Assembly (NCBI GenBank): GCA_015258765.1
Contig: JABZHQ010000001.1
Coordinates: 26,820 to 90,819, forward strand
DNA: 64,000 nucleotides
DNA from: Atopobium sp.
GTDB lineage: Bacteria; Actinomycetota; Coriobacteriia; Coriobacteriales; Atopobiaceae
Direction: 5' to 3'
Below the pieces are notes generated by a model that worked only from the letters and a program-made list of their open reading frames with translations, was not told where the DNA came from and ran no database searches. This document shows positions 1 through 10,338 of this stretch, in pieces; position 1 is the stretch's first letter, and each line of letters starts with the position of its first letter. The position numbers and the translations under genes were made by a program.

Positions 1-67
1 TTTCTCCAGAAGATTTAGCTTCATTTGTATCGGCTACGTTTGCAGATATTGTTCGCGAGGTGCACTA

Positions 68-1951
68 GTGGCATATCAGCCCAAACATATGCGACTTTCA
101 GCAGAGTCTTCTGATGGAACCTTATCTGAAGAAACTCTGAGCAAGGCTCTTGATCAGACCTTTGAAGAGCCTCCTGTAGTGGACAACATTGTTGTCCCAG
201 AGACGTTTCATCAACCAATTGAGGATGAGGCGTTTGAGCAGATTGTGAGCCAGAAGCTCGAGGAAGTTGCTGCTGAAGAGGATGACTCTGGGGCAGACAA
301 CAGCTCTGTGTCAGACGGCAACTTCGACGCAGGTAATTCTAATAGTGAAGAGGCTTCTTCTGATGAAGAGGATGTCTCTAAACAAAAAGACCTAAGTCGT
401 TCTACCTCTATGATGAGTGTGCTTGTTCTGATTAGCCGTATTACGGGCTTTTTAAGAACCTGGGCTCAGGCATTTGCTATGGGTGCTACCGTTCTTGCTA
501 GTTGCTATTCCATTGCAAATACCCTTCCTGACCAGCTCTATGAGCTTGTTGGTGCGGGAATGCTCACCACGGCTTTTTTGCCGGTATATCTTTCTATTAA
601 GAAGAAGGTTGGACAGGATGAGGCAAATGCCTATACCTCTAACTTGCTTTCCATTGTTGTCGTCGCAACCGGACTTGTTGCGGTTCTAGGCTTCTTCTTT
701 GCCGCAGAGGTGGTGTATACACAGTCCTTCTCGGCAGGTGCTGATTTTGACCCAACGCTGGCAGTGTACTTCTTTAGGTTCTTTGTCATCGAGGTTATGC
801 TGTATTGCTTCTCTACCATTTTCTCTGGTGTTTTGAATGCAGAGCGAGACTACCTCTGGCCAGCAGCGGCTCCTATTTTTAATAACTTTGTGACTACAGC
901 CTCGTTCTTTGCGTATGCCTTCTTGGTTAACACTAATCCTGAGCTGGGTCTACTTATTCTTGCACTGGGAAATCCTCTGGGCGTTCTGATTCAGGTTCTG
1001 ATTCAGGTACCGTCACTCAAGCGCAAGGGGATTAAGCTCTCGTGGAGAATTAACCTCAAAGACCCCGCGCTTAAAGAGACACTTAAGATTGGCGCGCCTG
1101 CTCTGATTGTTGTGGTTGCCACGTTTGTAACTATGTCGGTGCAGACAAGCTCGCAGCTCAGCGTTTCCGCATCTGGCGCTTCCATTGCGGCATACGCTCG
1201 TCTTTGGTACACGCTGCCATATTCCATTTTGACGGTGCCTATTACCACAGCCCTCTTTACGGAGCTGTCCGATAGCTGGGCAAAAGAGAATATGGATCAG
1301 TTCAAGAAAGACTTTAAGCACGGTATTAACCAGATTCTTTTCTTTACCGTGCCGTTCATGATGTATCTGATGATTTTCTCGATGTCCCTTGTCTCTATTA
1401 TTGGAGCAAGCAAGTTCACTGAAGATCAGCTGCTGCTAACCCAGCAATTCTTGATTGGTCAGTCGCTTGCCTTGCCTCTGTATGGCATTGGTATGTACCT
1501 GCAAAAAGTCTGTTCTGCTATGCGTCGTATGACACTTTATGCTGTTTCGGCAACGCTCGGTTCTGTCGTGCAGGTTTTGGTGCTGTTGGTGGGTACTTCT
1601 CACTTTGGCATGATGTTTGTAGCAACTACCTCAGCCATCTTCTATGTGGTCATTGACACCATTATGTTGATTAGCCTTCGTAAGCACCTTGGTCAAATTG
1701 GGCTCAAATCAATGGTGTTTGCGTTTGTACGCTCGGTTGTTTTTGGCCTTGCAGGATCAGCGGCAGCACTTCTTATTATGGTGGGTCTGCGCGTTGGTAT
1801 TGGCGTACCAGATGGACGAGCACTTTACGGCGTGCTGTATTGCATCTTTGCAGGTATCCCAGCTGTTTTGGTTACCTATGGCTTGGCAATCCTCTTCAAA
1901 TCACCAGAGTCTGCCATGCTGCGTTCACTGGTATCTCGCGTAAGGTCATAG
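68..1951 (+). CDS. murJ: Lipid II flippase MurJ/MviN-like integral membrane protein with ~115-aa acidic N-terminal extension
   Basis: 627-aa ORF; after an acidic low-complexity N-terminus the sequence 'SVLVLISRITGFLRTWAQAFAMGAT' and the multi-TM architecture match MurJ/MviN family; GTG at 68 or ATG at 89 possible. Confidence 0.75.
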   Translation: MAYQPKHMRLSAESSDGTLSEETLSKALDQTFEEPPVVDNIVVPETFHQPIEDEAFEQIVSQKLEEVAAEEDDSGADNSSVSDGNFDAGNSNSEEASSDEEDVSKQKDLSRSTSMMSVLVLISRITGFLRTWAQAFAMGATVLASCYSIANTLPDQLYELVGAGMLTTAFLPVYLSIKKKVGQDEANAYTSNLLSIVVVATGLVAVLGFFFAAEVVYTQSFSAGADFDPTLAVYFFRFFVIEVMLYCFSTIFSGVLNAERDYLWPAAAPIFNNFVTTASFFAYAFLVNTNPELGLLILALGNPLGVLIQVLIQVPSLKRKGIKLSWRINLKDPALKETLKIGAPALIVVVATFVTMSVQTSSQLSVSASGASIAAYARLWYTLPYSILTVPITTALFTELSDSWAKENMDQFKKDFKHGINQILFFTVPFMMYLMIFSMSLVSIIGASKFTEDQLLLTQQFLIGQSLALPLYGIGMYLQKVCSAMRRMTLYAVSATLGSVVQVLVLLVGTSHFGMMFVATTSAIFYVVIDTIMLISLRKHLGQIGLKSMVFAFVRSVVFGLAGSAAALLIMVGLRVGIGVPDGRALYGVLYCIFAGIPAVLVTYGLAILFKSPESAMLRSLVSRVRS

Positions 1952-1952
1952 C

Positions 1953-4010
1953 ATGGCCAAAAGCGGCGCTAGAAGTAGCAAAGATAACTCTCAGAACAAT
2001 CTTGACCCCAACTACGTACCTTCGGGGGCACCAGGTCTTGCACCGTCATTTTCTTCCGAACCTTCAGATGACCTGGTATCCATCAGAGAACAGGTTGATC
2101 AGGTTCCTACTAATCCAGGTTGTTATCTCTGGAAAGATGGTTCTGGCAAGGTTATCTATGTAGGCAAAGCTAAAAATCTGCGTGCCCGCATGAGGCAGTA
2201 CGTTACGCTTCAAGATGACCGTGCCAAGATTCCTCTGATGATGCAGGTTGTACGTAGTTTTGATTACATCGTGGTAGAAAACGAGCACGAAGCACTGGTG
2301 TTGGAGCGTAATCTTATTGCTCAGTATCGTCCCTACTTCAACGTGGACTTTAAAGACGATAAGAGTTATCCCTACATTGCTATTACCGAGTCAGATACTT
2401 TCCCAGCAATTAAATACACGCGCGAGAAGCACAAGAAGGGGACACGTTATTTTGGTCCCTACACTGATTCCTACGCTGCGCGCCAGACTATTGAGACACT
2501 CAGAAAAGTAGTACCTATCTGCTCCGCTACGTGTGTAGAGTGGAAGCGCGCTAAACGTCTGCTAGAAAAAGACCCTGACGGCGCAGCTGTTGCTAATCTG
2601 CTGCTGGCAAAGAAGGGGCGTCCCTGTTTTGACTACCACGTAGGCAAAGGTCCTGGTGTGTGCGTGGGCGCCATTGATACCGTTTCCTATGCAAAGAACG
2701 TCAGGCAGGTAGAGAACTTCCTCCGCGGAAATCGCTCTGAGATTGTTTCTGAGCTCAAAGACCAGATGCAAGAAGCTGCCGCTGACCTGGATTTTGAGAA
2801 GGCAGCTCGGCTCAAGTCCCGTCTGACTTCACTCTCTGATCTTGATGACCGCCAGCAAGTCACGTTTCCTACCTCGGTCAATATTGACCTCATTGGCATT
2901 TACCGAGAAGAAACTATCTCCGCCGCCTGCGTGTTTGTTGTGCGAGAAGGCCGTACCATTCGCTCAGTTGAGTTTATCCTGGACAAAGGCTTGGACGTTT
3001 CCGAGGAAGAGCTGGTCTCGGGCTTCCTGAAGCGCTACTACGACGAAACCGCTGACATTCCCGCAGAGGTTAACCTGCCCATCGATCTTCTCGACGCAGA
3101 GGTTTTGTCCGAGTGGTTGACACAAAAACGAGGTCACAACTGCGTGCTTCACCACCCACAACGTGGCGAGAAGTTCCGTCTTCTTCAGATGGCTTCTGCG
3201 AACGCTCGTCATGCGCTGATGCGCCACATGATTCGCACGGGTTATGCTGACGACCGTACTAACCAGGCACTTCTTCAGCTTGAAAGCGCACTTGCGCTTG
3301 ACGCGCCGCCACTGCGCATTGAGTGCTTTGATATCTCTACGCTTCATGGCAACTTTACTGTTGCATCTATGGTGGTCTTTACTAACGGAAAGGCTGATAA
3401 GAGTCAGTATCGTCGCTTTAAGATCCGCGCTGAGCTTGATGAAGCAAACGACTTTGTCTCAATGACAGAAGTCCTGGGCAGAAGGTATAGCCCGGAACGC
3501 ATGGCAGACGAACGTTTTGGTTCACGGCCCGATTTGCTGGTAGTTGATGGTGGTAAACCTCAGCTGACCGCTGCCATCAATCAGCTTAATGAACTGGGTC
3601 TAGACATTCCTGTCTGTGGTCTTGCTAAGTCTGATGAGGAAGTCTTTGTGCCTTGGGACGACACGCCAATAGTGTTACCTACAGGATCTGCTTCTCTGTA
3701 CCTTATCAAACAAGTACGTGACGAGTCTCACCGTTTTGCGATTACCTTCCATCGCGAGCTTAGAGATAAGGCAATGACTGTCTCTATTCTGGATGAAATC
3801 CCTGGTGTGGGACCTAAACGCAAAAAAGATATCATGCGCCATTTTGGCTCTTTTAAACGCCTAAAGGCCGCAAGTGTTGAGGATATCTCTCAGGTAAAAG
3901 GTGTTTCTGTGAACTTAGCAGAAACTATTTATGAAGAACTCAAAGCTTGGGAAGAATCCTCTATGACTGTACATGAGAAGTTAGATGCAAGGGGAGAAAC
4001 TCATGAGTAA
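1953..4010 (+). CDS. uvrC: Excinuclease ABC subunit C (UvrC)
   Basis: 685 aa; N-terminal GIY-YIG motif 'GCYLWKDGSGKVIYVGKAKNLRARMRQY', UvrBC-interaction and C-terminal RNaseH-like/HhH regions; typical length. Confidence 0.92.
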   Translation: MAKSGARSSKDNSQNNLDPNYVPSGAPGLAPSFSSEPSDDLVSIREQVDQVPTNPGCYLWKDGSGKVIYVGKAKNLRARMRQYVTLQDDRAKIPLMMQVVRSFDYIVVENEHEALVLERNLIAQYRPYFNVDFKDDKSYPYIAITESDTFPAIKYTREKHKKGTRYFGPYTDSYAARQTIETLRKVVPICSATCVEWKRAKRLLEKDPDGAAVANLLLAKKGRPCFDYHVGKGPGVCVGAIDTVSYAKNVRQVENFLRGNRSEIVSELKDQMQEAAADLDFEKAARLKSRLTSLSDLDDRQQVTFPTSVNIDLIGIYREETISAACVFVVREGRTIRSVEFILDKGLDVSEEELVSGFLKRYYDETADIPAEVNLPIDLLDAEVLSEWLTQKRGHNCVLHHPQRGEKFRLLQMASANARHALMRHMIRTGYADDRTNQALLQLESALALDAPPLRIECFDISTLHGNFTVASMVVFTNGKADKSQYRRFKIRAELDEANDFVSMTEVLGRRYSPERMADERFGSRPDLLVVDGGKPQLTAAINQLNELGLDIPVCGLAKSDEEVFVPWDDTPIVLPTGSASLYLIKQVRDESHRFAITFHRELRDKAMTVSILDEIPGVGPKRKKDIMRHFGSFKRLKAASVEDISQVKGVSVNLAETIYEELKAWEESSMTVHEKLDARGETHE

Positions 4011-4236
4011 AACAGCAGACGAGAAGATCTTGGCACTGGTAAATCCTGAGTACATTAAGCGTGTTCCGTTCTTTGTTCGTGGTCATGCAACAAGCAAGTC
4101 TTGTGAACTTATCGCTCGGGAGTATCCAGAGCTTTACACTTCATTTGAAGATGAACCTAGCGCTCAACAAGTTGAAGAGATGTCAAAGATTATCAACGAG
4201 CTCTTTGAGCAAAGGATGAAGAAACATAATCTCTAA
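4003..4236 (+). CDS. Small hypothetical protein (77 aa) overlapping uvrC stop
   Basis: ATG at 4003 embedded in uvrC stop context (ATGAGTAA); no recognisable motif; coding status uncertain. Confidence 0.3.
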   Translation: MSKTADEKILALVNPEYIKRVPFFVRGHATSKSCELIAREYPELYTSFEDEPSAQQVEEMSKIINELFEQRMKKHNL

Positions 4237-4421
4237 AATCAAATCAAACAATAGAGTTATTTGTTTTTCAAATATCTAGTATGTGAAATACCTATTAGTG
4301 TTGTGTATTTTTTTGCATTTAACATTAAATTTATTCCGATAACAAAATAAAAACTTTGAGTCTTTCATTTTTTTTATTTATTATTAGCTGATAGATACCT
4401 GTTTAGTGTTGGGAGGGTATT

Positions 4422-5093
4422 TTGAAGAATAATAAATTTTGCTTTAGCCTTATTGCTCTATTCCTAATCTTTTGTGTCTTTTTTACGCCAATCCAGGTTT
4501 TCGCAAGGGACATTCCCTTAAAGGAGGTTGAAGAGCTTACCGCTACTATAATTCCAGAGCTTCTAAGCGTGAATAATATTTCTACTGAATCAAACGAATA
4601 TGAGTTGCGAAACTACATACCTGAATATATATATTCGTCAAATGGTCTAGTTGAAAGGCCGGTAGTCTATTTCCCGGTGTATTCAAATGGAACTGTAGTT
4701 GCAAAGATTGCTGGCATTTATGATTCGATTAATAATGGATACGCCTACTGTTCTTCAATAGGGTCGGTTGAAATTTTAAATATGTCGACACAATATTTCT
4801 CTAAAGGTGTGTATGTCGATATAAATGATGATTGTTTTTATACTGATGGAAACACATTTATCTCAATGACCTCAGGTGAGATATTGAGCATTAATGAGTT
4901 CGATGAAGGTGTCCAGAACATTCTAAAGGACTTCTTTTTAACGTTTGATTGGACAAGCTTATCTCTGTATAAATCAGAGTGTAATAATTCAGTATGTAGA
5001 GTTCAGAGTTTTGATTCAAATAAAGTTCTTATAAAGTTATTAAGTTATTGCAAAGGGAATAGTCTAATTTCTGAAGGATATTCGTACAGATAG
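4422..5093 (+). CDS. Hypothetical secreted protein with N-terminal signal peptide, 7 Cys, encoded in AT-rich island
   Basis: 223 aa; 'MKNNKFCFSLIALFLIFCVFFTPIQVFA' signal-like N-terminus; RBS-like GGGAGGG upstream; strongly AT-rich compared with flanks; no homology recognised. Confidence 0.5.
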   Translation: MKNNKFCFSLIALFLIFCVFFTPIQVFARDIPLKEVEELTATIIPELLSVNNISTESNEYELRNYIPEYIYSSNGLVERPVVYFPVYSNGTVVAKIAGIYDSINNGYAYCSSIGSVEILNMSTQYFSKGVYVDINDDCFYTDGNTFISMTSGEILSINEFDEGVQNILKDFFLTFDWTSLSLYKSECNNSVCRVQSFDSNKVLIKLLSYCKGNSLISEGYSYR

Positions 5094-5184
5094 TGGAATT
5101 ACGTCTTGCAAAACTTAACAGTCTTTCTTTGTAGAGCTAGTTAGATTTAGTTAAGTAATCTTGAGGTGTTTTCGCTGTTTTAAG

Positions 5185-5220
5185 ACAAGAGTCAGTTCAT
5201 TTTGGACTGACTCTTGTTTA
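5185..5220 (+). terminator. Rho-independent terminator-like hairpin after AT-rich ORF
   Basis: perfect 12-bp inverted repeat ACAAGAGTCAGT...ACTGACTCTTGT followed by T-rich tract. Confidence 0.5.
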
Positions 5221-5580
5221 ATCTCCACAACATATCCGTAATTTCTAAAGGTAAACGGTAGTAAAACATCGGTAAACGGTAGTTGACAATAATTACTACT
5301 TATGTAGTTAGTTAAATATTTTATATATTAAGTAAGGTAAAATAATAGTAAAGCCCGCTAACTGCGGGCCTTCTTAGCTGCTATTAAGATTTATATGCAG
5401 TAAATAATACAACAAAACACGTTTTCATATTTTGAGCAGCCAATGAGCGAGAAATTAATACCGTTGGGCGAACTGTCTTCAGAAGAAATATCTTTTCTTC
5501 ATATAGTTATGTAGATGTAAGCCACACAAGTGGCATTGGTGCCACGTTGTGGCAAGGAGAGTTTTTAGAAAGAGGCAGAA

Positions 5581-7182
5581 ATGAGCGAGTTTATTAACCG
5601 TCCACTTTCGCGTCGTGGCTTCCTTGGTGGAGCAACTGTTGCAGCTGGCCTTGGTCTCACCGCTTGCGGTGGTGGACAGCAGAAGGCAGCTGAGGCTCCA
5701 TCTGGAAAGGAAGGCGGCGGCACAATTACTGCTGGTACCGCTTATTCAACCCAGAACTATGATCCATCCACTACTTCATCAGCACTTGCTCTTGGTGTTA
5801 ACTGGCAGGTAGTTGAGGGCCTCTATGGTCTTAACTTCCACGACTATTCCACCTTCAATGAGCTTGCTACTGCTGATCCTAAGAAGGTTGACGATAACAC
5901 CTTTGAGGTTACTATCCGTGACGGCGCAAAGTTCTCTGATGGTAACGAGGTAAAGGCAGATGACGTTGTTGAGTCCTTCAACCGTTCCGCTGCTAAGGGT
6001 AGCGTCTACGTCCCAATGCTCGCTCCAATTGCTTCCGTAGAGAAGAAGGATGACAAGACCGTCACCGTTAAGACCACCATTGCTAACTTCTCCCTCCTCA
6101 AGGAGCGCCTGTCTATCGTTCGCGTTGTTCCAGCAAGCAGCTCTCAGGATGAGATGAAGAAGCAGCCAGTCGGTTCTGGTCCATGGATGTATGAGTCCAT
6201 CTCTGACAACACTCTTGACCTTGTTCCTAACAAAAACTACAACGGCGCAACTCCTGCTAAGGACGATAAGCTCCACTATGACGTCCTTAAGGATCCAACC
6301 GCTCGTCTGACTGCACAGCAGGACGGAACCACCCTTGCTATGGAAATGGTTCCTGCAGACGCTGTAGACCAGCTCAAGGGCGCAGGCTGCACTGTTGACG
6401 CTGTTCAGGGCTTTGGTGTCCGCTTTGCAATGTTTAACCTTGGCAAGGCTCCTTGGGACAACGTTAAGGTTCGCCAGGCATGCCTCTATGCACTTGATAC
6501 AGATAAGATGCTTGCAAACGCATTCTCTGGTCAGGCAGAGGTTGCTACCAGCTACCTTCCTTCTTCCTTTGCTAACTATCACAAGGCATCTACTGTCTAT
6601 GCACACGATGTAGATAAGGCTAAGAAGCTCATTTCTGAGTCCGGTATTACCCCAGGTGATGTTGTTCTCCGCACCACCGATAACGAGCAGGTTAAGTCCA
6701 TGGCAACTCAGGTCAAGAACGATCTTGATGCACTCGGATTTAACGTAAGCATTGTTTCCGATACTTCTCCTGCAACTTATGCTGCAATCGATGCAGTTGA
6801 CGGTTCTTGGGATATCCTGCTTGCCCCTGGCGATCCTTCCTGCTTCGGTGCAGACGTCGACCTGCTGCTCAACTGGTGGTATGGCGATAACGTCTGGATG
6901 ACCAAGCGTTGCCCATGGAAGGAGTCCTCTGAGTGGACTAAGCTTCACGAGCTCATGACCAAGGCTCTTGGCCAGTCTGGTGCTGATCAGCAGTCCACTT
7001 GGAACGAGTGCTTCGACATCATCGCTGAGAACGTACCTCTGTACCCAGTTCTCTTTGCTAAGACCTTTACCGCTTCTTGGAGCGAGAAGCCAAACAGCAA
7101 TGGCGTTGCTCTCAAGGGCTTCAAGGGCATCGGAACCACCGGCCTGTCCTTCATTGATGTCAACACAGTTACTGCTAGCTAA
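5581..7182 (+). CDS. ABC transporter substrate-binding lipoprotein, family 5 (peptide/nickel/SAT2-like); candidate sialic-acid binding protein by context
   Basis: 533 aa; TAT-like 'SRRGFLGGATVAAGLGLTACGG' signal plus lipobox; family-5 SBP architecture; located in nan cluster. Confidence 0.8.
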   Translation: MSEFINRPLSRRGFLGGATVAAGLGLTACGGGQQKAAEAPSGKEGGGTITAGTAYSTQNYDPSTTSSALALGVNWQVVEGLYGLNFHDYSTFNELATADPKKVDDNTFEVTIRDGAKFSDGNEVKADDVVESFNRSAAKGSVYVPMLAPIASVEKKDDKTVTVKTTIANFSLLKERLSIVRVVPASSSQDEMKKQPVGSGPWMYESISDNTLDLVPNKNYNGATPAKDDKLHYDVLKDPTARLTAQQDGTTLAMEMVPADAVDQLKGAGCTVDAVQGFGVRFAMFNLGKAPWDNVKVRQACLYALDTDKMLANAFSGQAEVATSYLPSSFANYHKASTVYAHDVDKAKKLISESGITPGDVVLRTTDNEQVKSMATQVKNDLDALGFNVSIVSDTSPATYAAIDAVDGSWDILLAPGDPSCFGADVDLLLNWWYGDNVWMTKRCPWKESSEWTKLHELMTKALGQSGADQQSTWNECFDIIAENVPLYPVLFAKTFTASWSEKPNSNGVALKGFKGIGTTGLSFIDVNTVTAS

Positions 7183-7337
7183 TTTGTTGTCGTCACGCGC
7201 TTAGCATCTCATACATTGGGGCCCGAGCGTTTTACTTATAACGCTCGGGCTCTTGTTCGCAAAATTCAGTCCTGAGATGTGCAAAGTCTCATCAAATTTT
7301 ATTTGTACGGTTTGTTTTAAAGAGAGAGGGGGAGATA

Positions 7338-8294
7338 GTGAACAACCTATTACGTCTTATCGGACGCCGTCTTATTGCGCTGCCGATTATGGCTCTAGGC
7401 GTCACCTTTCTCGTATTCTTCCTAATGTCTTTCTCGCATGTTGATCCTGCATACAATGCCTTGGGAGAGTCTGCTTCTGAAGAAGCTATCCAGCAGTATC
7501 ACATTGAGAATGGCCTTGATGATCCATGGCCTGTGAGATATGTACGCTATATCGGTGATGTTGCTCATGGAAACTTGGGTACCTACGGCACTTCTCACTA
7601 TTCAGTTGCTGCAAGAATTTCAAAGGCTCTGCCAGTAACTATGCAGTTGACCTTTATGGGTCTCTTCATTGGTGCAATAGTTTCGTTTACGTTGGGCGTT
7701 ATTGCGGCTCTCTATAGAGATCAATGGCCCGATCAAATCATCCGCGTATTCTCAATTGCCGGTCTTGCAACGCCATCATTCTGGTTGGCAGTTCTTTTGA
7801 TCCTGGTCTTTGCGTCTACGCTTAAGCTACTACCAGCCTCTGGAGCACTACCAGATCCTACGGTAAATCTTGGCGGCTACCTTGCCCGTATGATTATGCC
7901 GGCATTTGCACTTGCGGTTCCAATGTCTGGTCAGATGACTCGTATTGTTCGTACTGCAATGGTCGAGGAGCTGGATAAGGACTACGTTCGTACTGCTCGC
8001 GGTGCTGGTATTCCAGAGAGAATCGTCATTGCAAGAAACGTACTGCGCAACGCTCTTATTACCCCTGTAACCACGCTTGGTCTGAAGATTGGTTACCTCA
8101 TGGGTGGCGCCGTTGTTATTGAGGTTATTTTTAACCTTCCTGGCATGGGTACCGCAATTCTTGAGGGCATCCAGGGTAACGAGGCAATGCTTGTTCAGGG
8201 CGTTGTTGTTGTCGTTGCACTGTCCTTCATCATCATCAACATTGTTGTTGATATGTTGTACATCTTGATTAACCCACGCATTAGGACGGTGTAG
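7338..8294 (+). CDS. ABC transporter permease (OppB/DppB-like)
   Basis: 318 aa, 6 TM segments, conserved permease EAA-like loop region 'ARGAGIPER...'. Confidence 0.85.
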   Translation: MNNLLRLIGRRLIALPIMALGVTFLVFFLMSFSHVDPAYNALGESASEEAIQQYHIENGLDDPWPVRYVRYIGDVAHGNLGTYGTSHYSVAARISKALPVTMQLTFMGLFIGAIVSFTLGVIAALYRDQWPDQIIRVFSIAGLATPSFWLAVLLILVFASTLKLLPASGALPDPTVNLGGYLARMIMPAFALAVPMSGQMTRIVRTAMVEELDKDYVRTARGAGIPERIVIARNVLRNALITPVTTLGLKIGYLMGGAVVIEVIFNLPGMGTAILEGIQGNEAMLVQGVVVVVALSFIIINIVVDMLYILINPRIRTV

Positions 8295-8298
8295 TGCG

Positions 8299-10338
8299 AT
8301 GGTACAAATTAGAAAAAAACAAGTCGAGAAGCTCGAAGAAGCTGCAGCAAAGGGTTCAACCTTTGGTGGCTTTAAGAAGATGAAGACGGCTTCCAAGATT
8401 GCTCTTGTCATTCTCGTCTTTGTTGTTCTTGCTTCTGTCTTTGCAAACTTTATTGCTCCACATAACCCACTTGAGATTTTCAACGCTCGTCAGGCTCCAG
8501 GCAATGGATTCATTTTTGGTACTGACGATAAGGGTCGCGATATTCTTTCTCGTATGCTCTATGGTGGTCAGTATTCACTGGTCATTGGCTTTGGCGCTAC
8601 GGGTATGGCACTGCTGTGTGGCTCAATTATTGGTGCAATTGCAGCTGTTTCTAGAAAGGCTGTCTCTGAGGTCATCATGCGTGTGCTCGACATCATCATG
8701 TCGTTCCCAGGCATTGCTCTTGCAGCAGTCTTTGTTTCTATTCTGGGTAACAGCGTTCCTTCAATCATCTTTGCTATTGGCTTTATGTATACGCCACAGA
8801 TTGCGCGTATTGTTCGTGCAAACATCGTAAGTGAGTACGGCGAGGATTACGTAAGGGCAACCATTGTTTCTGGTGCTCGTGCGCCTTGGATTTTGTGGAA
8901 GCACGTTCTTCGTAACTGCATTGCTCCCATCATGGTCTTTACCGTTACGCTGGTAGCAGACGCAATTATCTTTGAGGCATCTTTGACCTTCATCGGTGCA
9001 GGTATTGCAGAGCCAACTCCTACATGGGGTAATATCCTGGCTGATGCCCGTGCTGGCGTTCTTGCTGGTCGCTGGTGGCAGGCATTCTTCCCAGGCCTGG
9101 CTATTATGATGACCTGCCTGGCACTGAACATCCTCTCCGAGGGTCTTACTGACGCTATGGCAGCAGCACCTGGCGCTCCTGTTGATACAGAGAACTCTGA
9201 CTCCAGGCGTGCAGATGACATCTTGGCATCTGATCCAGTTCGTGCGTATGCAGAGCAGGCAGAGTCCCTGGAGCGCAGACTTAATGCACTTAAAGAGGTT
9301 GAGCTGTCCAGAACAGACAGGCGTAAGCCAGACTTTGATGTTGCTCCATTGCTCAGTGTTAAAGATCTTTGCATCAGCTTTGAGTCTCACGGAGACGTCA
9401 AGGTTGTTGACCACGTAAGCTTTGATGTCCGTCCTGGTCAGTGCATGGCGCTGGTTGGCGAGTCTGGCTGCGGCAAGTCAATTACCACCAAGGTCATCAT
9501 GGGTCTGACCGATCCAAAGGAAACCATTACTGGTCAGGTTCTCTACAAAGACCAAGACCTCCTGGAGCTCTCCAAAGAAGAGCACCGCAAGCTGCTTGGT
9601 CACGAGCTTGCAATGGTGTATCAGGATGCTCTGTCTTCGCTGAACCCTTCCATGCTTATCTCTTCTCAGATGAAGCAACTTACCAGCAGGGGAGGCACTC
9701 GTTCTGCTGAGGAGCTTCTGGAGCTTGTTGGTCTGGATCCAAAGCGTACGCTTGAGTCTTATCCACATGAGCTTTCTGGTGGTCAGCGTCAGCGTGTTCT
9801 GATTGCTATGGCATTAACCCGCGATCCTTCTCTGGTTATCTGCGACGAGCCAACAACCGCTCTGGACGTTACTGTTCAGAAGCAGGTTATCAAGCTCTTG
9901 AATGACCTCCAGCGTCGTCTTGGCTTCGCAATGATCTTTGTTAGCCACGACCTTGCACTTGTTGCAGAGGTTGCGTCTGAGATTACCGTTATGTACGCAG
10001 GTCAGGTTATTGAGCAGGCAGCTACTACTGAGCTTCTGACCAACCCTGTTCACGAGTACACCCGCGGTCTTCTCGGCTCTGTTCTTTCCATTGAGGAAGG
10101 CGCTCAGGACGGTACCAGGCTTCACCAGGTACCAGGTTCTGTTCCTTCTCCAGAAGACTTCCCAACAGGCGATAGGTTTGCTCCTCGTTCAAGTCACCCA
10201 GATCTGGGTCTTGAGGTTCACCCTGTTATCAAGGAGATTCCTGGTAAGCACCATCGTTTCTCCGAGCTGCCTGATGAATATCTGAAGGAGCATGGTCTTG
10301 TGCCTTACCTTGAGCGTTCTCAAAAGGAGGTGAGGTAA
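8299..10338 (+). CDS. Fused ABC permease (OppC/DppC-like) + ATP-binding (OppD-like) protein
   Basis: 679 aa; N-terminal ~300 aa membrane permease domain; C-terminal NBD with Walker A 'GESGCGKS', signature 'LSGGQRQR', Walker B 'ICDEPTTALD'. Confidence 0.85.
   Translation: MVQIRKKQVEKLEEAAAKGSTFGGFKKMKTASKIALVILVFVVLASVFANFIAPHNPLEIFNARQAPGNGFIFGTDDKGRDILSRMLYGGQYSLVIGFGATGMALLCGSIIGAIAAVSRKAVSEVIMRVLDIIMSFPGIALAAVFVSILGNSVPSIIFAIGFMYTPQIARIVRANIVSEYGEDYVRATIVSGARAPWILWKHVLRNCIAPIMVFTVTLVADAIIFEASLTFIGAGIAEPTPTWGNILADARAGVLAGRWWQAFFPGLAIMMTCLALNILSEGLTDAMAAAPGAPVDTENSDSRRADDILASDPVRAYAEQAESLERRLNALKEVELSRTDRRKPDFDVAPLLSVKDLCISFESHGDVKVVDHVSFDVRPGQCMALVGESGCGKSITTKVIMGLTDPKETITGQVLYKDQDLLELSKEEHRKLLGHELAMVYQDALSSLNPSMLISSQMKQLTSRGGTRSAEELLELVGLDPKRTLESYPHELSGGQRQRVLIAMALTRDPSLVICDEPTTALDVTVQKQVIKLLNDLQRRLGFAMIFVSHDLALVAEVASEITVMYAGQVIEQAATTELLTNPVHEYTRGLLGSVLSIEEGAQDGTRLHQVPGSVPSPEDFPTGDRFAPRSSHPDLGLEVHPVIKEIPGKHHRFSELPDEYLKEHGLVPYLERSQKEVR

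Noticed and set aside
1-57. Possible 3' end of an upstream plus-strand gene (ends ...VREVH*)
   Set aside because: Too short to assess; no motif.
5779-6948. 389-aa minus-strand ORF
   Set aside because: Fully antisense to the well-supported substrate-binding protein gene; Cys/Val/Leu-rich composition typical of antisense translation of a GC-moderate gene.
8761-9414. 217-aa and 175-aa minus-strand ORFs
   Set aside because: Antisense to the permease-ATPase fusion gene.
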